Assembly: GCA_016875335.1 (NCBI GenBank)
Contig: VGRO01000004.1
Coordinates: forward strand, 32,158 to 96,157
DNA: 64,000 nt
Direction of reading: 5' to 3'
DNA from: Deltaproteobacteria bacterium
Lineage (GTDB): Bacteria; Myxococcota_A; UBA9042
This document shows, in pieces, positions 19,780 through 28,897 of the stretch. Made by a program: the position numbers and the translations under genes. Every line of letters begins with the position of its first letter. Position 1 is the stretch's first letter. The notes beneath the pieces are model-generated. The model saw nothing but the letters and a program-made list of their open reading frames with translations, made no database searches and was not told the origin of the DNA.

Positions 19780-21532
19780 CTACAAGTCGAACGCGAGGCC
19801 GAACGTGAACACGCCGTCGCTGAGATCGATGCTCTTGGCGTTGCCGAAGTCGTTGAGCACGCGCCGATCGTATTCGATGTACAGGTAGCTGTGGTTGACG
19901 CCCATCTCGATGTCGAAACTGCGGGCGGCGCTCGGCTCCAACACGTCCATCAGAAAGCGCAGGCCGGCCACCGCGTGCCAGCCGCCGGTGCCGCCGAGCG
20001 CCTCCAGCTTGGTGCCGGCGGTGGTGGTGTAGGTCGCGTAGTCGCCGCTGCCGTTGAGCATCCACCAAAAGGCGTACATGGCGCCAATCTTGGCGTAGGG
20101 CACGAACGGGATGCCGGCCTTGTGGGCGAGCGGATCGAGGCGGTAGGTCAGGTCCAGGCTGAGCGGCACGATTTTCAAGGTGGTGGCGTCGGTGCTGGCC
20201 TTGCCGGTCGATTTCTCGAGGCCTTTGCCCTCCTTGGTGAACCAGCCGTAACCCAAGCCGACGGACAGCGAGCCAAAGCGGTCCCACAGACGCACGTCCG
20301 CGGCGCCGCCGATCTCCCAATCGGCGTTGCCGAAGATGTCGGCGTACGGCTTGGCCTTGCCGCCAAAAGGCGCGTCGATGCCGGGCAGGTAGCGGGTCGC
20401 GCGAAATTCGGCGCTGTTGTCGAGCGGCGAGTCGGCGTAAGCCGTCGCGGATCCCGTGCCCACTGCGGTCAGTACCAGCGCGGCCACCGCCAGGCCCCTG
20501 CGCCAGCGCCAGCCGCCGATGGCCAGAAGGGCCGCCAGCCCGGCCAGCCACCAGCCGCCGGCCGCCGGACGCGCGCCCGCGCTGCATGGGGCAAAGCCGC
20601 CCTCCTCGGTGCCGCCAGAGGTCTGGTAGTGCTGCCACGCGTCGATGACGTCGATGGGGGTGCCCTTGCCCAACTCTGAATAGCCCGACTCGTTGCCGTG
20701 ATCGTCCACGGCCGTGACCACCACGTAGTAGGGCGTACCGTTAGTCAAGTCCTTGATCTGGTAGTATTTTGTGGTCACCAGGGCGGACTTCTGCGGCTTG
20801 ATCGTCCCGGCGGCCACGCCGGTGGGATCGATCGGCAACGTCGCCCAATACACATGACTGCCCGCAACCTTGCTGCTGTCGCCGTGCTTCCAGGTAGCGG
20901 TCAGGTTGCCGCCACCGGGAGCAACGGACGACAGCGTGGGCGCGGGCGGGCCCGCCAGGTCGACGAGGATCTTGCTTTTGAACGCCACGACCTGCTGGTT
21001 GACGCCGGTCGACGCCTGGTCATTGACCAGGAAATACACGAAGGCGTCCTGTTCGCTGTTCTCGTCACAGGTCGTGTCCTTGCCGAGCAGCTGGTGCAGC
21101 TGGACCTCGACGCTGTAGGTCGCGCCGAGCTTGTAGGTCTGCTCGCTGTGCACGATGCACGAGGTGTTGGTGTCGTCCTTTTGCAGCGTGGTCTCGCCGC
21201 ACGCCTTGCCGCGCGGTGCGACCTTGACGACGCCGCTGTAGTTGCCGGGAAAGGACGGCGCCCAGGTCCAGTTGATTTTGACCACGGGGTTGGCCGCCGC
21301 CATGATCGCTTTGCAATCGGCGCGGTTGATGTAGTGCACGTCGTTGGCCTGGCCCGGCGTCGAGGCGCCCACGCCGAAATGGCTGGGCGGCGCCCAATCG
21401 GAACCCGAGGCGGTCTCAATGCTTTGGATGGCGACGACCGGCACCGCCCAGGCCGCGGTCGACCACACCGCCGCCGCACACGCCACCACAGCCGCGCCGA
21501 TGCCTTGGGTCCACGGGGTCCTACGGGTCATG
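19780..21532 (-). CDS. secreted protein: N-terminal FN3-like/Ig-like domains, an internal MYXO-CTERM-like motif, then an in-frame C-terminal ~200-aa domain with a signal-peptide-like start and an OMP-like terminus
   Basis: Signal peptide MTRRTPWTQGIGAAVVACAAAVWSTAAWA from ATG 21532. FN3-like segment (...TPYYVVVTAVDDHGNESGYSELG). Internal ...APCSAGARPAAGGWWLAGLAALLAIGGWRWRRG at 20497-20605, followed directly by LAVAALVLTAVGTGSATAYA↓DSP... and a C-terminus ...GVFTFGLAFDL. Confidence 0.6.
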
Positions 21533-21720
21533 CCTCTCCTGCGGGCAGCGACCGCAATCGGCGGTCCCGCACCGAACCGCCTTGCACGCGCCGTGCCAAG
21601 GTCGCGCCGTGCCAAAAGCCGTGCAGACGGGCATTTGTTCCCGTCGGCCGACGAGCGGGGTTGGCCATTTCGGTCACGCGAGGACCGCGCCACAGCGGTT
21701 GCGTGCCATTTTGGCAAGGG

Positions 21721-22749
21721 CTACGCCCCGTGCACCAGGCCGCCGGCAACCGCCAACTTGGCAATCTGCACGGCGTTGGTGGCGGCGCCCTTGCGCAGGT
21801 TGTCGGCGACGACCCACAGCGCCAGGCCATGGGGGACGGACGGATCCCGGCGGATGCGGCCGACGTACACCGGGTCGGTCTCGGCACAGTCCATCGGCAT
21901 CGGATAGCGCTTGTTGGCGAGGTCGTCGACCACCACCACGCCGTGGGCCGAAGCGAGCGCTTCGCGGGCCTGCGCGACCGTGATCGGCCGGTCGAACTCG
22001 GCGACCACCGACTCGCTGTGGCCGCAGGTCACGGGCACGCGCACGGCCGTCGGGCACACCGCCAGATCCGGCAACCCCATGATCTTGCGCGTTTCGTGCA
22101 CGAGCTTGAGCTCCTCTTCGGTGTAGCCACCTTCGGCCGGGCTGCCGATGTGCGGAATCACGTTGAAGGCAATGCGGGCGTTGTGCACCGCGATGTCAAA
22201 CGGTTTGCCGTTGAGCAGGGCCGCCGTCTGTTGCGCAAGCTCCTCGATGCCCTTCTGACCGGCGCCCGACACGCTCTGGTAGGTCGATACCACCACGCGA
22301 CGCAGTCCTGCCAGATCGTGCAAGGGCTTGAGCGCCACCACCATCTGGATCGTGCTGCAGTTGGGGTTGGCGACGATGCCCTTGTGGCCGATGAGCGCGG
22401 TGGGGTTGACCTCCGGGACCACCAGCGGCACGTCGGCGTGCATGCGAAAAGCACTGCTGTTGTCGATGCACAGGGCGCCGCGGCGGGCGGCCTCGGGGAG
22501 CAGGGCCTTGCTCACCGCCGATCCGGCGGACGCCAGCACGATGTCCACGCCGTCGAACGCCTTGGGCTCCGCGACCTGAACGTCCAACGACCGCGCGCCA
22601 AAGTCGACGGTCTCGCCGACCGATCGCGGCGACGCCAACGCCAGGACTTCAGTTGCGGGAAAGCGCAGCTCGTCGAGCACGCGCAGCATCTCGCGGCCGA
22701 CCGCGCCTGTCGCACCGAGGACCGCGACTGTGTAGCGTTTTTCTTGCAT
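21721..22749 (-). CDS. asd: aspartate-semialdehyde dehydrogenase
   Basis: VAVLGATGAVGREML Rossmann N-terminus; active-site region NPNCSTIQMVVAL; ...GAGQKGIEEL. Confidence 0.9.
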   Translation of the reverse strand: MQEKRYTVAVLGATGAVGREMLRVLDELRFPATEVLALASPRSVGETVDFGARSLDVQVAEPKAFDGVDIVLASAGSAVSKALLPEAARRGALCIDNSSAFRMHADVPLVVPEVNPTALIGHKGIVANPNCSTIQMVVALKPLHDLAGLRRVVVSTYQSVSGAGQKGIEELAQQTAALLNGKPFDIAVHNARIAFNVIPHIGSPAEGGYTEEELKLVHETRKIMGLPDLAVCPTAVRVPVTCGHSESVVAEFDRPITVAQAREALASAHGVVVVDDLANKRYPMPMDCAETDPVYVGRIRRDPSVPHGLALWVVADNLRKGAATNAVQIAKLAVAGGLVHGA

Positions 22750-23149
22750 GCGTGGCAACCGGGGATCGCTGGCGCGGCGACGGCGAAGTGGGCGGCACGC
22801 GCGCCGCCGAGGCGAGGGGAGGGGGCGAATCGCCGTTCACGCACAACAAGGCGTGCACCAACGGACTGCAGGTGGGGCGGGAACGACCGCCCCGCAAGCG
22901 AGCAACTGACCCCGCGCACGGTGGGCGCGGCCACGATTGGCTACCGTCTACTGTGGCGCGCCAGTCCTGTTGCACGCCGATCCTGTTTCACGCCGATCCT
23001 GTTGTGCGCCGTTAGGGACTGGAAAACAATAGGTCGATCACTCTCGCATCAGGACAGAGCCGCGAGTCGGACCTTTGGTCCGCGAGCTGGCGACCCACCG
23101 AGCAAGCAAACGGGCCCGAGAAATGATTGAGCAAATCATTTCCTGGCCC

Positions 23150-24229
23150 TTACTGAGGCGCCCGACCCGGCGGCGGCGGCGGGATGACCACGGGCGCGGC
23201 TCCGGGCGGCGGCGGTGGAATGTTGGGCGGGCCGCCCACGCCGGGCGGCGGCGGCGGCGGAATCATCGGCGCAGGGGGCGCCCAGTCAGGCCCGTGGATG
23301 CGCACGATGATGGTCGTGATGTTGTCGTGGCCGCCGCGTGCCTTGGCCAGGTCGGTCAATCTGTAGCACGCCGACTGGGCAGTCGGCGCGTTGCGCAGCA
23401 CCAGTTCGATCTCTTCGTCGCGCACCAGATCGGTCAAGCCGTCGCTGCACAGCAAGTAGTGGTCGCCGCGCCGCACGGTGTCGACGAAAAGGTCCACGAT
23501 CACCTGATCCTGCAATCCGAGCGCGCGAACGATCACGTTTTTGTACGGGAAGTTCTCGATCTCCTCGGGTTGCAGCAGGTTCATGCGGATGTACTCGTTG
23601 AGCAACGAGTGATCCTCGGTCAACTGCCGCAGCTTGCCGCCGCGCATCCGATACAGCCGGCTATCGCCCACGTTGGCGATGTGGATGCGGTTGCCCTGGA
23701 ACACGGCGCCGACGAGCGTGGTGCCCATGTCGCGCAATTGGTCGTGCTGCTGAGCCAGCCGATAGACGCTGATGTTGGCGCTTTCGACGGCCTTGCGCAG
23801 CCGCAGCGCGTGCGGGCTCGCTTCGGCCACCGTCATCTCGGCTTTGGCCCGCCGCGCGCGCAGATAAGCCGATCGCACGCGCTGGGTCAGGTCGGGGTTG
23901 CCGTAGAACGAGCGCAGCGCCTCGATCGTGAACGCGCTCGCCACCTCGCCGGCCGAGTGGCCGCCCATGCCGTCGGCGACCACGTACAACTGGTCCGCCT
24001 CCATTAGCAGGAGCGCATCCTCGTTGCCGTCGCGCACCAAGCCGACGTCGGTCAGGCCGTGGGTCTCGAATTTGAACCGCGACGGCTTGTGCGCTGGCGG
24101 CGGCGGGATCGCCGACGGTCCGGGGGCAGCGGCGGCGACCGCTGCGGGCGTGCTGGGTGCGCGGCGGGCGGCACCGCGCTTGGCCTTGGTCGCGGCGGGC
24201 GGTGGTGCGGCAGGTTTCGAATCGGCCAT
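23150..24229 (-). CDS. PP2C-family Ser/Thr protein phosphatase with a polyproline C-terminal tail
   Basis: PP2C motifs: LLLMEADQLYVVADGMGGHSAGEVAS; ...GTTLVGAVF...; ...LLCSDGLTDLV...; GGHDNITTIIV. C-terminus PPPPPPGVGGPPNIPPPPPGAAPVVIPPPPPGRAPQ. Start at internal ATG 24229 (MADSKPAA...). Confidence 0.8.
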   Translation of the reverse strand: MADSKPAAPPPAATKAKRGAARRAPSTPAAVAAAAPGPSAIPPPPAHKPSRFKFETHGLTDVGLVRDGNEDALLLMEADQLYVVADGMGGHSAGEVASAFTIEALRSFYGNPDLTQRVRSAYLRARRAKAEMTVAEASPHALRLRKAVESANISVYRLAQQHDQLRDMGTTLVGAVFQGNRIHIANVGDSRLYRMRGGKLRQLTEDHSLLNEYIRMNLLQPEEIENFPYKNVIVRALGLQDQVIVDLFVDTVRRGDHYLLCSDGLTDLVRDEEIELVLRNAPTAQSACYRLTDLAKARGGHDNITTIIVRIHGPDWAPPAPMIPPPPPPGVGGPPNIPPPPPGAAPVVIPPPPPGRAPQ

Positions 24230-24473
24230 GCGCGGTACCCATCGGCAAGCGGTCGAAGCGGAAGGGCGCCGTCTGCACGCGCCAGCAGCGCCGCGCGCGA
24301 CCAGGCGCGGCAGTGTATCGTCGCCGACCTCGGCGCAACCGACCGATTCACGACCGGCTGGGGATGCCGGCGGCGCACCGGGCGATGCGTGGCGGCGAAA
24401 GTACCTTGGCATCGGCAAGGTGTCAAACAAGGGGCGGCGGCGGTCGCATGTGCGCGCCGCCCGGACGCGGGAC

Positions 24474-25862
24474 CTACGGCCGCAAGCGGTCCATGAGGCG
24501 GGGAAATGCTATTGTTTCACGGACATGTGGAAGACCGCACACCCAGGCCACGGTGCGCTCCAGTCCCAGGCCGAAGCCGCCGTGCGGCACAGTGCCGTAC
24601 TTGCGCAGGTCGAGGTACCAGTCGAAGGCCGCCATCGGCAGCTTGTGATGCTCGATGGCGGCGCGCAACGTGTCGTGGTCGTCTTCGCGTTGGCCGCCGC
24701 CGATGACCTCGCCGTAGCCCTCAGGCGCGAGCATGTCCACGCTCAGGCTGCGCACCGGGTCGGCCGGGTCGCGCTTCATGTAGAAGGCCTTGACCTGGGC
24801 CGGGTAGCGCCGCACGAAGATGGGCCGGTCGTACTGCTGGGTCAGGATCGTCTCGTCGTCGCCGCCGAGGTCGTCGCCAAACGGGATGTCGCTGCCAAGC
24901 TCGTGCAGTTGATCAACCGCATCAGCATAGTCCAGTCGGATAAAAGGCTTGCGAATGGCCGCCAGAGCTTCGCGCCGCAGTTTGAGTTGACGGTGTTCTT
25001 CGGCTTCGCTGCGGATGCTGTCGATGAGGTCGAGTTCCGGGCCGCGGTCGCGCAGCACGTCCTGCGCGATCGTGCACACCAGGTCCTCGGCCAGGTCGAT
25101 GACACCGTCCAGGTCCAGGAACGCCGCCTCGGGCTCGACCATCCAGAACTCGGTCAGGTGACGGCGCGTCTTGCTCTTTTCGGCCCGGAAGGTCGGCCCG
25201 AAGGTGTATACGCGGCCAAGCGCCATCGCGGTCGCCTCGCTGTACAACTGGCCGGATTGGCTGAGGTACGCTTTCTGGTCGTGGTAGTCCGTCTCGAAAA
25301 GCGTGCTGGTGCCCTCACAGGCGTTGGGCGTAAAGATCGGGGTGTCGACCAGCACGTAGTCGTGGCTGTCGAAGAAGTCGCGGATCGATTTGACGATGCG
25401 GGCGCGCACCCGCAAGATGGCCGCCTGCCGCCGCGACCTCAGCCACAAATGGCGATGATCCATGAGGAACGCTACACCGTGCTCCTTGGGCGAAATCGGG
25501 TAGTCGGCGTGCGCTTCCGCTACCACCAACAGACCATCGGCTTGCAGTTCGAAACCGCTCGGCGCCCGCTCGTCTGCGCGCACCGTGCCGGCGACCACGA
25601 TCGAGGACTCTTGTTGCAGGTGATCGGCGCGCGCAAAGGTCGCCTCGTCGAAATCCCCTTTGAATAGAACTGCCTGTATGATGCCGCTGCCGTCGCGCAG
25701 TTGCAGAAAATGCAGCTTGCCCTTGCTGCGCCGGTTGTGCAGCCACCCGCGGATCTGCACGCGTTGGCCGGCGAACGCGGCGATCTCGGCGATTCGCGCG
25801 ACGGGCAAGTCGCCGATCGTGCAGGGCAGATGGTGGGGCGTGGGCAGGCTCGCGTCGGTCAT
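24474..25862 (-). CDS. asnS: asparagine--tRNA ligase
   Basis: 462 aa, class II aaRS. AsnRS-specific motif [24 protein letters not shown]; C-terminal [28 protein letters not shown]. Confidence 0.9.
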   Translation of the reverse strand: MTDASLPTPHHLPCTIGDLPVARIAEIAAFAGQRVQIRGWLHNRRSKGKLHFLQLRDGSGIIQAVLFKGDFDEATFARADHLQQESSIVVAGTVRADERAPSGFELQADGLLVVAEAHADYPISPKEHGVAFLMDHRHLWLRSRRQAAILRVRARIVKSIRDFFDSHDYVLVDTPIFTPNACEGTSTLFETDYHDQKAYLSQSGQLYSEATAMALGRVYTFGPTFRAEKSKTRRHLTEFWMVEPEAAFLDLDGVIDLAEDLVCTIAQDVLRDRGPELDLIDSIRSEAEEHRQLKLRREALAAIRKPFIRLDYADAVDQLHELGSDIPFGDDLGGDDETILTQQYDRPIFVRRYPAQVKAFYMKRDPADPVRSLSVDMLAPEGYGEVIGGGQREDDHDTLRAAIEHHKLPMAAFDWYLDLRKYGTVPHGGFGLGLERTVAWVCGLPHVRETIAFPRLMDRLRP

Positions 25863-25989
25863 GGGATCCTGGCGGTCGGCAAGGGCGGGTGTTCGCAGGG
25901 GTCAAAAACACGGCGACCGCAGGCCGGCGGCCCGAGCGTGGGCGCGGGACCTCGACCTGCGGCCGCAGGCAGTGCGGGCGGGCGGCGGC

Positions 25990-26268
25990 CTACTTGCCGT
26001 CGACCTTGTTCTTCAGTTCGAGGCCCACCTTGAAGAACGGCATCTTCTTGGGGCCGACCTTGACCGCGGTGCCGGTCTTGGGGTTGCGGCCGGTGTACGC
26101 CGGGTAGTTGCGCACGGTGAAGTTGCCAAAATTGCGAATCTCGATGCGCTCGTCCTTCTTCATCGCGTCGACCATCAGGTCGAAGATGGAGTTCACGACG
26201 GTGGACGCCTTGTCCTTGGTCAGGTTGGCTTTGGACGCGACGGCTTCGATGAGGTCAGACTTGGTCAT
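25990..26268 (-). CDS. HU/IHF-family nucleoid DNA-binding protein
   Basis: 92 aa; MTKSDLIEAVASKANLTKDKASTVVNSIFDLMVDAMKKDERIEIRNFGNFTVRNYPAYTGRNPKTGTAV... Confidence 0.85.
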   Translation of the reverse strand: MTKSDLIEAVASKANLTKDKASTVVNSIFDLMVDAMKKDERIEIRNFGNFTVRNYPAYTGRNPKTGTAVKVGPKKMPFFKVGLELKNKVDGK

Positions 26269-26621
26269 GGCAGGGCCTCTGAGGGAACGGGTTGCGCGGC
26301 AATTGCGTCAACCGGGTGGATGGGTGGGCTGCGGAACCGTGGGAACAAAGGCAGACCGTCCGGCGGTGCGGCCCAACGCGCCAGTCCGGCGGACTGGGGG
26401 CGCCGCAGTCGGCGGCGGTCCCGAGACCGTGTTCCAGCCGGTCGGGGCACGGGCGTTGGACCCAACCCCTTGAACTGGCTGCAAGTTCCTCGCCAGCGCG
26501 ACCCCGCGCAGCAAGGGGATGCGGAGTGTAGGGCGGTTGCACCCAAGGTGCAAGGGGTCGCCATGTTTTTTCGGCAGGTTGCGGCCAACGGCGCCGCGCA
26601 CGCTCGCGATCGGCCCGCCTG

Positions 26622-28817
26622 CTATGGGCACTTGAGGTTCTTGTTGGGCTGCAGCGGGTACTTCTTCGTCCACAAATCTCCTTTGGAATCTGAGCCCTTG
26701 CAGGGCTTGAACGAGGCTGGCGACCACGTCGCGACGCCCGCGCACCACATGTCCTGCATGTCCATGGTCGGACCGGTCTTGGCGGTGTGCAGCTTGCCGT
26801 CGAGGTACACCTTGATCGTCGGCGTCGATTTGCCAAAGCCGTTGTTCGAGAAATAGTAGACCCCGACGAAGTACGGCAGGTTGGGCTGGGGCACGTGCAC
26901 GGCGATGATCTCCGGCCCCCACCCGTCCTTGTCGTCGCGGTCCAAGGCGGCGTCGTCGTCGAAATCGTCGCTTTTTCCCCACTTGCCGACCACGTTCCAC
27001 ACCGAGCAGTCCAGGCACGGCGCGTACCACGGGTCGGGCTCCCCGTTCTTGTCCAGGTCGGGTTGACCGGGTTCGTCGGGCGCGTCGGCGTGGGCAAGGT
27101 GGACATCCAGGTCCGATCCCGCCGGCTTGCTGCCGGTGGCCGGGTCGGTCTCGTCGGTCTTGTCGGGATCGGCCGGGGTATCCCAGGTCAGTTCGACGTA
27201 GAGCTTGTCGTCGCTGATGACGTTCAGCTCGTAGCTGGTCGGCCCGCAGCCGGGCGTGTCGAACGCATCCGCGATTTCAAGGGTCACCACGTATTTGCCG
27301 GCGATGTTCGGTTGCAGTTGCGGAGTCTTGACGTTGGCGGACGGCTGGAAGGTCGCGTACGACCCGGCCGGCTGCTGCAGGGTCCACTTGTACTTGGCGA
27401 TCGGCTGCCCGCTCGACCCCGGGACCGAGCAGCCGGCGTCGAACTTGAGCTTGCTTTGCGGCAGCACGTCGCCGCTGAGTGAACCGCCGGTCGCCAGCTT
27501 GACTGCCATGCACGCCTTGGGGCACTGCACCGTCGCCGCCGCCTTGCCTTGCAGCGCAAAGGCCGCGATTCCGGCGTTGCTGGTCACTGCGATCTTGCCC
27601 TTGCTGCTCGCACCCAACTGCGGTGCCGTGTAGCTCACGCCCAGGCTGCAGGTGGCGCCCTTGGGCACGACGACAGGGTGGGCGGCGCTCGGCGGCTTGC
27701 CGTTGAAACACGTGGACGCAAAGCTGACGGCAAAGCCCTGATCGACACCCTCGGCCACAGCGACGTCGGTGATGGCCAGATCTTCGGTGCCGCACGCCTG
27801 AATCTGCACTTCGCGCGGCTGCGGCACGCCGACGGGCACGACGCCGAAGTCGATGGGCCCTGGCGGCACGAATTTCACGCACGGCCCGGTGGTGTTGACG
27901 ACAAAGCTCAGGTCGACCTTTTCCTTGCCCGGCTCGTTGGTGGTGAGCCGCAGGATGGCCTGCGCCTTCTCCTCGCTGGCCAGATTCTTGAAAACGACCG
28001 GAATCTCCAGGGCGGTGCCGGCCGCGATTTCGACGGTCTTGCCTGCCGGCAGGTCGGCGCCTTTGGCAATGGTGTAGGGGCCGAGTTGGGCTTGCAAGGG
28101 CAGCGATCCGAGCATGGTGGCCGCGGAAAGGACCGCAGCCCCCTTGCCGTCGTTGGCGCAGAGCACGGTTGCCGTCGCCCCTTGGGCCAGACCGACCTTG
28201 CCGAAATCGGTGGTGGACGGCGTACAGTCCAGCTTGGGTGAGCCCAACCGCGTGGCAAACGTGGCCGTCCACGGCGTGTCGCCCTGCTTGACATCCCCTG
28301 AAAACGTGATCGCTACCTTGTACTTGCGCAGATCCGACCCCGCCGGCCGGGTGTAGCGCACGCTGAAGTTGACTTGGGTCAGCGCGCCAGCCGGCGCACA
28401 CTTGGGGTCGAATCCGGCTGGGATGACCGCCGGGAAGCCGGCCGGCGCACAGGGCTTGCCGTCGTGGGCGACACAGGCGAAGGCCGGCGCGGACACGGGC
28501 TTGCCGTCGCCGTCCGTTTCTTGCAGGGCGACGGCCTTGACGACCAGCGGCCGGCCCGACACCGCCTGCGCGTCGTTGCGGATGCGAAAGCTGAACTCGC
28601 GCGCGCCACCTGGCTGCAGGGCCACCACGTCGATGTCATAGGCGATGCCCGCAGCGTTGCCGGCCGCGTCCGAAACGCGCAGCACCGCGTTGTGGTCGAT
28701 GTTTTCGTTGGCGCATGCGCCGGACGTCGGCGCGTCGGTGCCGCAGCCGAGCACAGGGCCAGCGAGCACCGCGCCGGCAAGGCCGCAGGTTGTCCAGCTC
28801 CACATCCGACTGCGCAT
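26622..28817 (-). CDS. large secreted lipoprotein, paralog 1 of 3 (DUF1573/ASH-like Ig-fold repeats plus conserved acidic C-terminal domain)
   Basis: Lipobox start MRSRMWSWTTCGLAGAVLAGPVLGC at 28817. Repeats of PIDFGVVPVGVPQPREVQIQACGTEDLAITDV type. C-terminal domain ...ELTWDTPADPDKTD...DLDVHLAH...DLDKNGEPDPW...LDRDDKDGWGPE...VGVYYF... Confidence 0.7.
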   Translation of the reverse strand: MRSRMWSWTTCGLAGAVLAGPVLGCGTDAPTSGACANENIDHNAVLRVSDAAGNAAGIAYDIDVVALQPGGAREFSFRIRNDAQAVSGRPLVVKAVALQETDGDGKPVSAPAFACVAHDGKPCAPAGFPAVIPAGFDPKCAPAGALTQVNFSVRYTRPAGSDLRKYKVAITFSGDVKQGDTPWTATFATRLGSPKLDCTPSTTDFGKVGLAQGATATVLCANDGKGAAVLSAATMLGSLPLQAQLGPYTIAKGADLPAGKTVEIAAGTALEIPVVFKNLASEEKAQAILRLTTNEPGKEKVDLSFVVNTTGPCVKFVPPGPIDFGVVPVGVPQPREVQIQACGTEDLAITDVAVAEGVDQGFAVSFASTCFNGKPPSAAHPVVVPKGATCSLGVSYTAPQLGASSKGKIAVTSNAGIAAFALQGKAAATVQCPKACMAVKLATGGSLSGDVLPQSKLKFDAGCSVPGSSGQPIAKYKWTLQQPAGSYATFQPSANVKTPQLQPNIAGKYVVTLEIADAFDTPGCGPTSYELNVISDDKLYVELTWDTPADPDKTDETDPATGSKPAGSDLDVHLAHADAPDEPGQPDLDKNGEPDPWYAPCLDCSVWNVVGKWGKSDDFDDDAALDRDDKDGWGPEIIAVHVPQPNLPYFVGVYYFSNNGFGKSTPTIKVYLDGKLHTAKTGPTMDMQDMWCAGVATWSPASFKPCKGSDSKGDLWTKKYPLQPNKNLKCP

Positions 28818-28897
28818 CGACGCCACCACTGCCCGCGGCGCAAAACCGGGCCGCACGCCGCCAGTGTGCCACGCAGGCCGGCCGGGGTCCAAAACGC

